49,955 nt of DNA from Promethearchaeota archaeon (GCA_048938005.1 JBHLMQ010000020.1:1-49955), one strand, 5' to 3'. Shown: positions 9,704 to 20,003, numbered from the stretch's first letter. Notes: generated by a model from the sequence alone, not told the origin. Program-made: numbers and translations.

Positions 9704-11092
9704 TTAGAGGCTAGATATTATTTTTTCTAATTCAAGAATCATTTCTTGAGCTTTTTCCTTTTCTTCTGATTCAGCAGACAGGATTATAGCATTTCTATAT
9801 AATGCTACTTTAATGGTTGTATACGTGTCGTCATTGATTATCTTCAATTCATTTATGATATCGTGATATTTATACCCATTCTCATCCGCAACTTCTCTTA
9901 ATCGATTATGTATATTATCAATCAATTCTGGTGAAACTGGTATTGTTTTATTAATTTTTATTCCTTTAGGAAATCCTCTAGTTAATGAGCTAAGTAAATC
10001 ATTTTGACTAGTCATTATTTCTAATATTTTCAATAAAATGAAATTTCCATCGCTAAAAGGAGCATATTCAGTAAAATAAAATTTTAATGTATCAGCGGCT
10101 GCAAAACACGCGCGTTCTTCCCTTATTTGCCTTGAAATCTCACCAGGAAGATTTTCAAATCTTTTTATAGGAAACCCACCATCCTCAATAAAATTTTTTA
10201 CAACAGGAGAAATTGAGGGGGTTGTAATGATGGTATTACCTTTAGATTTTTGAATTCTTTTGTCAAAAGTAACAAAAAGCATTAGTAAATCTTCATAGTT
10301 TATTTCTAATCCATTCTCATCTATTACTAATATTCTTGAGCCGTCTACATCAAAACAAACTCCAAGATGACTATTAGATGCTTTTACAATATCTGCGGTA
10401 TTTCTAATAGTATTAATACTTGGCACTGGACTTGAAGATCTTTCGCGGTAATGTGTATTTAATGCAATAACTTCAACTCCAATTTCATTAATCAAAAGTG
10501 GTGTTATTTTGCCAGTAGGCCCATAGGAACAATCTACTACTATCTTTAAGTTTGCATTCTTAATCTTTTTTTTATTCACAAATTGTTGAAGAGATTTGAT
10601 ATAAACATCCGCGGTTTGAGGTATTGCTGTTATCAGTCCTATTTCATTTGGTTCTACTCTTCTAACTTGCTGAGGATAATTATTATAAGATTCTATTATT
10701 TTCTGAATTTCTGATTGCGCGAGTTCAATCCCTCCAGCATCCAAGAACCTAATTCCAACATCTTCGCTATATAAATGACCTCCAGAAAAATAAATCCCTC
10801 CACTAGCCCCAAATCTTCTAATTGTAAATTGTAATAATGGAAAGGTACAATCTGAAAGGTTTAAAAGATTAATACCAGCAGACATTTGACCTGAGGTATA
10901 AGCTCGTTTTAACATCCGACTATCATTATGATAATCTCTCCCAATAACAATTGATTCACCTTGTTTAAATAAACTCCCATGAATTGATCCTAAGACGCTC
11001 GAAATCTCGGGTGTAAATACAAAGTTTGCTTTACCAATGATTCTCCCGTTCTTCTTTAACTCGTTAAGGTTTTTAATTGGCCTATGACTCAT
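9704..11092 (-). CDS. Phosphoglucomutase/phosphomannomutase-like protein, catalytically degenerate (resembles MPG1-type C-terminal domain)
   Basis: PGM scaffold motifs (GRD..SRMLKRA, KIVVDC.YG, FDVDGSR), but TASHNP is replaced by SGGHLY and DxDxDR by DVDGSR. Confidence 0.8.
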   Translation of the reverse strand: MSHRPIKNLNELKKNGRIIGKANFVFTPEISSVLGSIHGSLFKQGESIVIGRDYHNDSRMLKRAYTSGQMSAGINLLNLSDCTFPLLQFTIRRFGASGGIYFSGGHLYSEDVGIRFLDAGGIELAQSEIQKIIESYNNYPQQVRRVEPNEIGLITAIPQTADVYIKSLQQFVNKKKIKNANLKIVVDCSYGPTGKITPLLINEIGVEVIALNTHYRERSSSPVPSINTIRNTADIVKASNSHLGVCFDVDGSRILVIDENGLEINYEDLLMLFVTFDKRIQKSKGNTIITTPSISPVVKNFIEDGGFPIKRFENLPGEISRQIREERACFAAADTLKFYFTEYAPFSDGNFILLKILEIMTSQNDLLSSLTRGFPKGIKINKTIPVSPELIDNIHNRLREVADENGYKYHDIINELKIINDDTYTTIKVALYRNAIILSAESEEKEKAQEMILELEKIISSL

Positions 11093-11285
11093 TAATAACT
11101 ACTTTTTTAAAATCTCGATTAAATTTCAATTGGAAATTATATATGTTAAAAAGCTAAATAAACCTATATAACTTTAACGATTTTTGAATATTAAAGAGAT
11201 TCTCTTTACTATTTAAGAAATGGAAAATTATTTAAAACTAACAAATTACGATTAATTTAACTTTCATTAGGAATGGTAGGAAATT

Positions 11286-13004
11286 ATGACTGAAATTTTA
11301 GGATCTTTTACTTTAGTATTACATTCTCATCTTCCATGGGTTTTGGGACATGGAGTATGGCCACATGGAATGGACTGGGTTAATGAGGCGGCTGCTGAAA
11401 CATATGTTCCACTTCTTATAGAATTATATAAATTGGTTGACGATGGATATCATCCAAAGCTTACTATTGGGCTCACTCCAGTTTTATGTGAAATGCTCCG
11501 CAATCCTAAGTTTATTTATGGATTTTTAGGTTATTTAGATGAAAAATATAACGCTGCTCTGCATGATTTTGAGGATTTTACAGAAAATAAATATGAAGAA
11601 GGGAGAATTAAATTAACCAAATGGTGGCAAGAGTTCTATGAACGTGTTAAAGACAATTTTATTCATAGATACGAAAAGGATATTGTAGGTGCATTTAAAA
11701 AACTTCAAGATATGGGGCATTTAGATATTATCACCAGTGGGGCAACTCACGGCTACGCTCCACTTCTTTCAAAAGAAACTTCCATCGATGCTCAATTTAA
11801 AATAGCAGTTGATAATTATAAAAGGCATTTCGAGAGAGCTCCTACGGGTGCTTGGTTACCTGAATGTGCATATCGTCCAGGATACCGATGGAAAAATCCC
11901 ATAACTGGTGAAGAATATAATCGTCCAGGTGTAGAATATTTTCTTGCTAAAAATGGATTAAAATATTTCTTTATCGATACTGCTTTATTGTTAGGGGGGA
12001 AATCGCAAGGAGTTTATGCCGCTCGGTTTCCTTTGCTCGCAGAACTCTGGAAACAATTTGAATCTCAATATGAAGAAATCCCAACTTCTTTTGAAAAATC
12101 TCAATATGAACCATATTTAGTATCTACTGATCCCTCCACTCCTGGACCTGTCGGATTTTTTACAAGAGATGAAAAAACAGGTATAGTGGTATGGAGTGGA
12201 GAACATGGATACCCTGGTTGTGCTGAATATCTCGATTTTCATAAAAAGAACTGGCCTGGAGGGATGAAATACTGGAAAGTCACGAGTCCAAAGCTGGATC
12301 TTGGAAAGAAGATGCTATATTGGCCAGATGATGTTCCAAGAAAATTAGATGAAAATGCAGGTCATTATCTTAATTTAGTTAAAGATATTTTAAGGGATTA
12401 CAAAAATAAGAATGGGAATAAAGGAATTGTAGTAGCACCATATGACGCTGAACTTTTTGGACATTGGTGGTTTGAGGGAAATTGGTGGATAGCCCGTATT
12501 CTTCGTTGGATGGAAGATGATCCGGAAATAAACCTAACAAACACAAGGATATTTATGGAGAATAATCCCCCAAATAAGGTAGTATCGGTAATTGAGGGTT
12601 CTTGGGGTCAAGCTTCATCTCATTGGGTGTGGCTTAACGAGTGGACAACTTGGACGTGGGAGAGAATCTATGAATGTGAAGCGAAAAGTGAAGAGATCAT
12701 TGCAAAATACAAGAAATCTCAAGATCCTAACCTAATAAAGATTTTAAAGCAGATGGCGCGAGAACTCCTTCTCTTAGAAAGTAGCGATTGGCAATTTTTA
12801 ATAACAACTTGGTCTGCTCGAGATTATGCTGAAAATCGAGTTGCTTTGCATTATGAAAATTTCAATAGGCTTTATGATATGGCTTCGAAATATGGATCTG
12901 GTCAGAATGTCGATGAAGGAGAATGGCACTTCTTAGGAACTATTGAATCTGTAGATGATATTTTCAAAGCCTTGGACCTTGAACCTTTTGCTAAAAAATT
13001 ATAA
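11286..13004 (+). CDS. GH57 1,4-alpha-glucan branching enzyme (DUF1957-type)
   Basis: HSHLP, ETYVPL, ATHGY, WLPECAY (nucleophile), YDAELFGHWWFEG (acid/base), ARELLLLESSDWQF. Confidence 0.92.
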   Translation: MTEILGSFTLVLHSHLPWVLGHGVWPHGMDWVNEAAAETYVPLLIELYKLVDDGYHPKLTIGLTPVLCEMLRNPKFIYGFLGYLDEKYNAALHDFEDFTENKYEEGRIKLTKWWQEFYERVKDNFIHRYEKDIVGAFKKLQDMGHLDIITSGATHGYAPLLSKETSIDAQFKIAVDNYKRHFERAPTGAWLPECAYRPGYRWKNPITGEEYNRPGVEYFLAKNGLKYFFIDTALLLGGKSQGVYAARFPLLAELWKQFESQYEEIPTSFEKSQYEPYLVSTDPSTPGPVGFFTRDEKTGIVVWSGEHGYPGCAEYLDFHKKNWPGGMKYWKVTSPKLDLGKKMLYWPDDVPRKLDENAGHYLNLVKDILRDYKNKNGNKGIVVAPYDAELFGHWWFEGNWWIARILRWMEDDPEINLTNTRIFMENNPPNKVVSVIEGSWGQASSHWVWLNEWTTWTWERIYECEAKSEEIIAKYKKSQDPNLIKILKQMARELLLLESSDWQFLITTWSARDYAENRVALHYENFNRLYDMASKYGSGQNVDEGEWHFLGTIESVDDIFKALDLEPFAKKL

Positions 13005-13007
13005 TTC

Positions 13008-13784
13008 TTATTTTGTATTTGTAACGTCATTTATATTTGGTTCGACCTTTTGCTCAATAGATTTGCTTGATCGCAATTTATAGATGCTAAAGATTACGTT
13101 TGATGTTAAAGGTACTGAAAGATACATTATTACCACTAAAAAGAGACATCCCGTTATAAGATAATGATCATTTACACCTATGGCATCTACCAAGAGCTTA
13201 CCGAATCCTCTAATATTAAATAGAACACTAAACATCACATAAAAAATAAACACCGCACTAAAAAGTAGGGTAATTACTAATGAATTAAAAACTATCGACT
13301 TTCTACGTGATTTTTTAATCATAAAGAATGTTCCTATTATCAATGGTATTATACATAATAAAATTACATATAGAATTGTATTATTTGCTAAAATTATGTC
13401 AGTAACTGGCACCCCACGAGCTAAACTACTAGACCGACCCCAAGCACCTGAAAAAAAATCACTGAGAAATTTAGAAAATCGTAGAATATAAACACCTAAT
13501 AATTGATTATATTCAAATCCTAATACATTGGCCATTGCATTATACATTTCTTGAGTATAGTGTTGTGGTAATAGAGCCTCAATCGGATCTTCAGGTATTA
13601 AATGAAAAATAATATAAGTTATTAATAATCCACTGAATAAAGTTATTAAGGCTATTAAAAACGTGGAAATTATATTTCTATAAATTTCTTTTATATTTCT
13701 GTATTTTTCCCGAATGTTCCCCCACCTTTCTTTGAGTTTAGAAATTGAATATGGATTTCTTTTCAGATCATTTGGTAATTTCAT
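13008..13784 (-). CDS. DppB/OppB-like ABC permease, internally shortened or degenerate
   Basis: HLIPEDP..LG..G.WGRS..PVT N-terminus and GFGKLLVDAI..D..LITG C-terminus; central EAA loop not seen; no partner ABC genes adjacent. Confidence 0.6.
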   Translation of the reverse strand: MKLPNDLKRNPYSISKLKERWGNIREKYRNIKEIYRNIISTFLIALITLFSGLLITYIIFHLIPEDPIEALLPQHYTQEMYNAMANVLGFEYNQLLGVYILRFSKFLSDFFSGAWGRSSSLARGVPVTDIILANNTILYVILLCIIPLIIGTFFMIKKSRRKSIVFNSLVITLLFSAVFIFYVMFSVLFNIRGFGKLLVDAIGVNDHYLITGCLFLVVIMYLSVPLTSNVIFSIYKLRSSKSIEQKVEPNINDVTNTK

Positions 13785-14076
13785 AATTTACAATAATAAT
13801 TGAATATTTAACATTTTTATGTGGTTTTATAGATTTCTAATCTCGCAAACTTTCGTACTTTAAATTCCTATAATAGAGATTATTTGTTAAGAAATAGTGT
13901 TGGGAGAATTCATCAATAACATACTACCTCTGTAAACTATAATTCCGACGATTTAATTGTTAGCAATTCCGATTTTTACAAAAATTGGTCTATGAAAATT
14001 ATAAATAGCACTTCTAATTCATTTAACATAGAGAAAAAGGAAGTATCTATAAAATTTATTGGGTTGAGGTATTTTA

Positions 14077-14328
14077 ATGAAGGTTAATATCAAATATCAT
14101 GAAATTGTTGAAGAATTTTTAGAAAAAGAATTGAATTGGTTGAAGGAGGAATTTGAAATTTTATTTAAATCTAAAATGGAAAATTTTACTAAAAAGGACC
14201 AGAAAATTGCGAATGATATTCTAGATTACATTTTAGAAAATAACTATGTATATGATAATATTATATTAATGAATTTATTGAATGAAGCTTTGGAAAATAT
14301 TGAAAAAAAGTACGCAAATTTATTTTAA
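14077..14328 (+). CDS. Small acidic helical hypothetical protein
   Basis: 83 aa ORF preceded by a GAGGT SD-like site. Confidence 0.65.
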   Translation: MKVNIKYHEIVEEFLEKELNWLKEEFEILFKSKMENFTKKDQKIANDILDYILENNYVYDNIILMNLLNEALENIEKKYANLF

Positions 14329-14368
14329 TCAATTAATTCAAACAGAATTTATTCACATAACTAATATT

Positions 14369-15613
14369 TTAGAGAAATAGTCTCGCTATATGTCTTTTGT
14401 ATATGTTTTCAATAACATTTAGGGCAATTAACTCTTCATATTTAATTATGACTTCTTTATATTGTGAGCCCATTTCTGCAGCAATTTTATAGCTAATATG
14501 AAGTAATTGGCGAAAATCTGGATTATAATCCTTACAAGATAAGTCATGACGTAAGGCTCTGATATATTGTTCATTCGTCCAGTTCTTTAATATTTTGGGA
14601 GAAGGTAATTTCTCTTTATTTATATCAATTACCGCAGCATATGGTTTGCATAACTCATCGAATCGATTTAGAGCCTGAATATAGATATCTTTAGCTATCT
14701 TTAGTCCTTCATCACCTGCCATTGCTAAACCACTTAATTCTTCCAACCATGTAGTTCCAGAAGTTTTTAAATGGATCCCTACATCAAATTTTTTAATCGC
14801 CTTATTAATATATTTATAAATAGAGAATTTATCGCTTCCTGAATGGATGCTTAGCTTTAAATTATTAGGCAAAAAAAATTGTATTTTCGCAAATTGAATT
14901 ATAGCTAAAATCATTTCAAATTCTTTTGCAAACTTTTCAACATTACCCTTGTAATCTACTCCCTTATTAAATGTTCCATAAAATTTAGGAGCAAATGTTT
15001 GAACAGGAATTTTTTCATCAGCAATAGCTGCAAGTATAAAGAAGATTTCGATTGGTGTTTGACGTTTACTTGATTCATCCATCGAGATTTCAATTATAAA
15101 ATTGTTCTTACCTTTTTTCTCCTTAATTTTACGATATATCTTTCCTGCTTCTTTTATTGCGAAGAGATATTCTCTTGCAATAATGCCTAAGTGTTCCTCC
15201 TTAACATTTAATGACTCATCGATATTTGGAATCGATAATTCTCCTATAAATTTTTTATATTTTTCGATAAATGCGTTTATGTCATAACCAGAAGCCTTTT
15301 TTCCTATGAACTCGGCTACATCTAAAGTGAAAAAATTACATGAATCAATAAACAAATCAACATTGGAAAGTCCAATATGATCAGCATCAATAAAATACTT
15401 TCCTTTCCATTTTAATTCATTTACTGCATTTTGAGCTTCATTTAAGACATCTAAAGGAGTCGTTTTGGTTATTAAATGCTCTCTGTGAGATTTATTCCAA
15501 ACGATAGCAAGATCCAAACCTTTCTCTTCTGCTTTTATTATTGCTTTCAATTGAGCCTTTCCTTGACACCCGAATCGATCTCCGGTGCCAATTGAATATT
15601 TTGGTAATTTCAT
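14369..15613 (-). CDS. uxaE: Tagaturonate/fructuronate epimerase (UxaE family)
   Basis: SIGTGDRFG, DADHI, FTLD, EISMDE, APKF.G.FNKGVDY, KLSIHSGSDKF, HLKTSGTTWLE. Confidence 0.85.
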   Translation of the reverse strand: MKLPKYSIGTGDRFGCQGKAQLKAIIKAEEKGLDLAIVWNKSHREHLITKTTPLDVLNEAQNAVNELKWKGKYFIDADHIGLSNVDLFIDSCNFFTLDVAEFIGKKASGYDINAFIEKYKKFIGELSIPNIDESLNVKEEHLGIIAREYLFAIKEAGKIYRKIKEKKGKNNFIIEISMDESSKRQTPIEIFFILAAIADEKIPVQTFAPKFYGTFNKGVDYKGNVEKFAKEFEMILAIIQFAKIQFFLPNNLKLSIHSGSDKFSIYKYINKAIKKFDVGIHLKTSGTTWLEELSGLAMAGDEGLKIAKDIYIQALNRFDELCKPYAAVIDINKEKLPSPKILKNWTNEQYIRALRHDLSCKDYNPDFRQLLHISYKIAAEMGSQYKEVIIKYEELIALNVIENIYKRHIARLFL

Positions 15614-15688
15614 CCTATTTCATTAATTAATATTAAGTCAACATTAAAAGAAGAACTTTTATTTTTCATCCTATCATATTTTGCTGCT

Positions 15689-16117
15689 TTACCACCAGGG
15701 CCAAAGCCAACCAAACCAAATAAAGAACCAGAAGAATAATATAAAGAAGAACACGAAGTCTAATATACCTAAAATCAAGCCTATTATTGCGATTGCGGCA
15801 TTATCATCTTTACTTATTCCAATACCGCCCATAATTATTGCAATTATTCCTAATACAGGACCAACAAAAACAATACCCAAAGGGATTCCAAGGATTCCAC
15901 AAATCAATGCTGCAATTCCATAATTGTTACCACCACCTAAACCATATACTTTCTGATATGGTTGGACTTGATATGGTATTGGTTGTGGGTGCATCTGTGG
16001 TTGTTGTTGAGGTTGTGTTTGGGATATAACTTGTTCTTTTAATCCTTTTCCGCAATTTGGGCATACATTCCAAGATTCCTCTACTTCATTACCGCAATAT
16101 GTACAATATGGACTCAT
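15689..16117 (-). CDS. Zinc-ribbon + DUF4190-like membrane protein
   Basis: CTYCG..CPNCG, Q/P-rich linker, then AALICGILG..GIIAIIMG..AIIGLILG. Confidence 0.75.
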   Translation of the reverse strand: MSPYCTYCGNEVEESWNVCPNCGKGLKEQVISQTQPQQQPQMHPQPIPYQVQPYQKVYGLGGGNNYGIAALICGILGIPLGIVFVGPVLGIIAIIMGGIGISKDDNAAIAIIGLILGILDFVFFFILFFWFFIWFGWLWPWW

Positions 16118-16224
16118 AATTGTTTAGTTTATTATTATACCAAATATTGGTTTTATTTTTTTATATTTAAATATTTTTTTGTATTTTGATTTTTTCTAAC
16201 AGAATGATTTGAGACCTAATTTAA

Positions 16225-17373
16225 TTAAAATTCTTGGCCTAACTCCAGTGTTTTGTCTCTAATTTGAGAATTACTGCTAATTCTACAATTGGGTGGAATA
16301 ATTGCTTTCTCTAGAATTACATTATCTCCAATTTCACAATTATTACATATTATACTTTCTATTATAATACAGCCTGCACCTATTTTGATTTCATCCCATA
16401 TAACACTCTTCTCAATAACAGTATCTTCTCCGATTGTAACTTGATGTCCTATTGAAGTTAACTCTTTGATTTTAACTCGGTTCTCCAATTTTACACACTC
16501 TCCAAAACAAGCTGGCTTATCAATCGTGATATTCTGTCCTGAGCTAATAATTCCCATGACATAAACCCCATCATAATCAAAACCATTAGGCAAAATAGGC
16601 CAAGCATATTTACGTAATAAATCCCAATTTGCCCATAGATAAGTAGTTGCATTCCCTGCATCCATCCAATAATAATTCTCAACAAATCCAAATAGATTAT
16701 ATTCGTTTTCGAGAAGATACGGAAAGACTTCACCTCCAAAATCCATTAAACCTGTCTCATGAAGGACGCTTCCGATATCTTTACTAAAACAGTAAATACC
16801 TGTGTTAATAATATTTGTATGTAAAAAAAGATCTGCTCTTTGGGCCATACTACTTAAATATAATTCCATTGGAGCGGGTTTTTCTAAGAAAAGATATATT
16901 TTTCGGTTTTTATCTAATAATACAACACCATACTCGGAAATATGACTTTCAACAGTTTTCATTGAAATTGTTGCTATTCCTCCTTTATCGGAATGGAATT
17001 CCATGAAACGTTTCATTGGAAGATTAGTCACAATGTCTGCCATTGAGACGACAATTTGGTTTGAATCTATATGATCGGTTAAAAGCCTATAAGCATCAGC
17101 AGTACCCCTGCTCTCATGAATTTCACATTCTAATTCCACATCGCCCAATTTGTCTGGAGTCCAAGTTTTTTTGATATATTTTTCCATTTCCTTTCCCTTA
17201 TACGCTAATGCGATTATTATATGCTTTATATCGGCATATACCAAATGTGCTATCGCATAGTCCACCATCGGAACATTTGTAACTTTTACAAGCGGTTTTG
17301 GAATTAATGAAGTCAAAGGCATCAAGCGTTTTCCTTTACCACCAGCTAGGATTATCGCAGACCAATCTCTCAA
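16225..17373 (-). CDS. Sugar-1-phosphate nucleotidyltransferase with left-handed beta-helix (MPG1/GlgC-like NDP-sugar synthase)
   Basis: AIILAGGKGKRL.PLT..PKPL, YGVV..FLEKP, NTGIY, DFG..FP, YWMDAG and C-terminal hexapeptide repeats; TTG start with GAGG SD. Confidence 0.9.
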   Translation of the reverse strand: MRDWSAIILAGGKGKRLMPLTSLIPKPLVKVTNVPMVDYAIAHLVYADIKHIIIALAYKGKEMEKYIKKTWTPDKLGDVELECEIHESRGTADAYRLLTDHIDSNQIVVSMADIVTNLPMKRFMEFHSDKGGIATISMKTVESHISEYGVVLLDKNRKIYLFLEKPAPMELYLSSMAQRADLFLHTNIINTGIYCFSKDIGSVLHETGLMDFGGEVFPYLLENEYNLFGFVENYYWMDAGNATTYLWANWDLLRKYAWPILPNGFDYDGVYVMGIISSGQNITIDKPACFGECVKLENRVKIKELTSIGHQVTIGEDTVIEKSVIWDEIKIGAGCIIIESIICNNCEIGDNVILEKAIIPPNCRISSNSQIRDKTLELGQEF

Positions 17374-17569
17374 TATATTTTCCTCTAAGAAACTTTCATA
17401 TATGTAACATATTTAATAGATATAAATCTAATTCAATTTGAATTAAAAACGTTATTATAATATACTAGAAGTAAGTTTATTGGATGATTTTTAATACTAA
17501 TAATTAAATTAAATATCCAAAATCTCAGATTAGACCATTATTAATTTATAATCTTGGAACGTAGAATAC

Positions 17570-18802
17570 TCAATTGAGATACTTCTTCAATGAATTTCTA
17601 ATTTCTTTGGCAGCAACGTGAGGTAATTTTCTCGCAACTCGCATATCATCAGCCATTTCAGCACCACCGATTATCTCATGTGGAATAATATCGGCAAACA
17701 TATGAAAATCCGCATTATAACCGTATGGACAACAATTAAACAAAATATTACGATTTTTATCAATCTTTAAGTCATCTAATGCTTGAAAAATCATTTTTAA
17801 TGAATTTGCCAAATCTTCTATTTGATTAATTTTTAATTGGGCAAATCTTCGTAGATGTTCATTTGGATGGAATCTTATATGATAATTTCTTACTGGACTT
17901 CCTGTATTGTAGAAAGTCCAGAACTCCGTTTCCAGTATAATACGATCAGTCCCACCATGTGTAGTTTTACATAAATGACAATCATCTCCCATTTCCTTAA
18001 AAGCTTCAAGATGTCCCTCTAATCGGCTACCATGGCCATCCATATTCAGATCTATATAAATCTGACTATGAATCCTTGGTTGAGATCCTCCAACTTTAGT
18101 CCCGATATTAAAAAATGGCATTACAGGAATATCATAAAAATCTCTATTTATAGATTCTTCAATACAATACAATATTGCGGTTTTCATTGAAAGAAAAATT
18201 CCAGTCAATACATCTTCTGGAATTAAATTAAAGCATAAAGAAGGATAAAAATCACGAGAAATTGTTACTAAATTAATTCCTTTTGAAAGCTTCAAATGAG
18301 CTGGAAGTTTTTTCACTATATACTCCTCAATTTCAGAATCTATAATCCGAGCCATTGAAGGATACCGATTTATTAAGGTTAAAGCCTTACAAGCATCTGG
18401 GATTCTTTCAATTTGATGTGGTGATTCTGAAAATGGATTATCTCGTCTTATATCATCTTGAGTTATAATCATAGTAAAGCCATCACTAAGGGGAATCCCC
18501 CAATCGTCATATAAAACCTTACCCTCCGTGATAGAACTGAAAACATCCTTATATTTACCCACAATTTTTTTTGAACAATCTAAAAATTGTTTCTCCTCCA
18601 CATCTGTCTTAAATCCTCTTGGTCTCTGTGAACGAATTGGAGAGATGTAAGAATAATGCCCGTAATATCTTTTACGCTCTTTTCGAAGACCGAAATCTTC
18701 AGTGTGTATGCTCACTGTGGATAAGGGATCCCATCTCTTAATTGGAACATCATATGTAGTCTTATCTTTAAAACTTTCTTTCGTTATTATTCCCCATTCC
18801 AT
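17570..18802 (-). CDS. GalT/HIT-like nucleotidyltransferase (possible start ATT 18847)
   Basis: NRYPS, FFN.G..VGGSQPRIHSQI (HxHxQ variant), second-domain CHLC and FHM..IIP..GG.E. Confidence 0.72.
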   Translation of the reverse strand: MEWGIITKESFKDKTTYDVPIKRWDPLSTVSIHTEDFGLRKERKRYYGHYSYISPIRSQRPRGFKTDVEEKQFLDCSKKIVGKYKDVFSSITEGKVLYDDWGIPLSDGFTMIITQDDIRRDNPFSESPHQIERIPDACKALTLINRYPSMARIIDSEIEEYIVKKLPAHLKLSKGINLVTISRDFYPSLCFNLIPEDVLTGIFLSMKTAILYCIEESINRDFYDIPVMPFFNIGTKVGGSQPRIHSQIYIDLNMDGHGSRLEGHLEAFKEMGDDCHLCKTTHGGTDRIILETEFWTFYNTGSPVRNYHIRFHPNEHLRRFAQLKINQIEDLANSLKMIFQALDDLKIDKNRNILFNCCPYGYNADFHMFADIIPHEIIGGAEMADDMRVARKLPHVAAKEIRNSLKKYLN

Positions 18803-19026
18803 AAATTTAGGTTTATAATGATCAGGTCTTTCTTTTTCAACAGAAATAAAAATTACCTCTTTCTTTTTTTAGATTAGATTTTATAAATATTATTTTAATG
18901 GTATTTATTTTTTACTCAAGTGAGTAATTATAGGAAAGGGTACAATTTAAAAAAAAAGGAAAAAAAGGTTATATCTTTTCTAACCAACTTATACCAAATG
19001 TATAAAGAACTTAATATGTAAATTTC

Positions 19027-19317
19027 TTAATATTCTAAGCGTTTAATAATCTTGTAAGTTTTAAACTCTCTCACTGGTTCCTTGTCTTCATTTAATCGCT
19101 CAATTGGCACTCTTACATAATTCTCATCATCAAAATCCTCAATTTCACTCTCTTTATATTTAGCCATATTATCAGCCATCTTTAGCTCTCGAAGCAAGAA
19201 GTCTCTTACAGCTACTCTAATTAACTCAGATCTAGATGGATATAGCCCATTTTCCCCCACTAACTTTTCTATACTATCAAGATAAGATTCAGGAATGTTA
19301 ACAGTTACAATTTTCAT
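19027..19317 (-). CDS. Ribbon-helix-helix (CopG/CdrS-like) transcription regulator
   Basis: MKIVTVNIP..YL..IE.LV..G.YPSRSELIR.AVRDFL; AGGAGA SD upstream. Confidence 0.85.
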   Translation of the reverse strand: MKIVTVNIPESYLDSIEKLVGENGLYPSRSELIRVAVRDFLLRELKMADNMAKYKESEIEDFDDENYVRVPIERLNEDKEPVREFKTYKIIKRLEY

Positions 19318-19345
19318 TTTATCTCTCCTTTTGAGTTCTTAGAAA

Positions 19346-19366
19346 TGCCAATTTTAAAAATCGGCA
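19346..19366. promoter_or_regulatory. Imperfect palindrome upstream of the RHH gene; candidate operator or 5' hairpin
   Basis: TGCCAATTTT-A-AAAATCGGCA: 10-bp arms with one mismatch, about 30 nt upstream of the start codon. Confidence 0.35.
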
Positions 19367-20003
19367 AATTATCTAAAGCGTTTTTTAAAATGATCGCCTT
19401 AAACCACAAGTTTTTTTATAAGTTATTTTATTACACATTAATATATAAATGTTCTTTTTTAATGCATTAATATATTTAAAGTAATACTATTTTGTCATTT
19501 CTTAAATATAAGGAAATGATTATTGAGGCATTTATTTTTAAAATACTGCTGTACTCCTCAAATTTAATGACATTTTTAGAGTTTTAATTATTATTTAATA
19601 TGGCTAAAAAATTTTTATCCTAATTTAATCTAATATTAAAATATTTTAAAAAAAAATTGAAATCAAGTAAAAACTATTTATTTATTTATATATTATTAAA
19701 CAAATTTTCAATTCAAATAATCAATTATTTAAGCAAATACTAAATTAAATAAGACTCTAAAACTTTATCTTATATTTTTTAAGAAAACTCGAAATAAAAC
19801 ATATATTGATATATTTATCTGAATTATTTAAAGGATTGTTTGATATGTTCATAGTGTTAGATTTTTATTATTAACTTAACTTAATAAAAGAATGTCTTAA
19901 TCTTTACTTGTAATAAATTCAAATAAATTTTTATATACATTCCGTTGCTATATTTATAAATATCATTGATTCAAAATTATTAAGGAAAAAAAAGGGAAAA
20001 TAA

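Noticed and set aside
19318-20003. AT-rich spacer as a replication origin
   Set aside because: No ORB-like repeats with G-strings seen and no orc1/cdc6 nearby; the same applies to 37640-38405.
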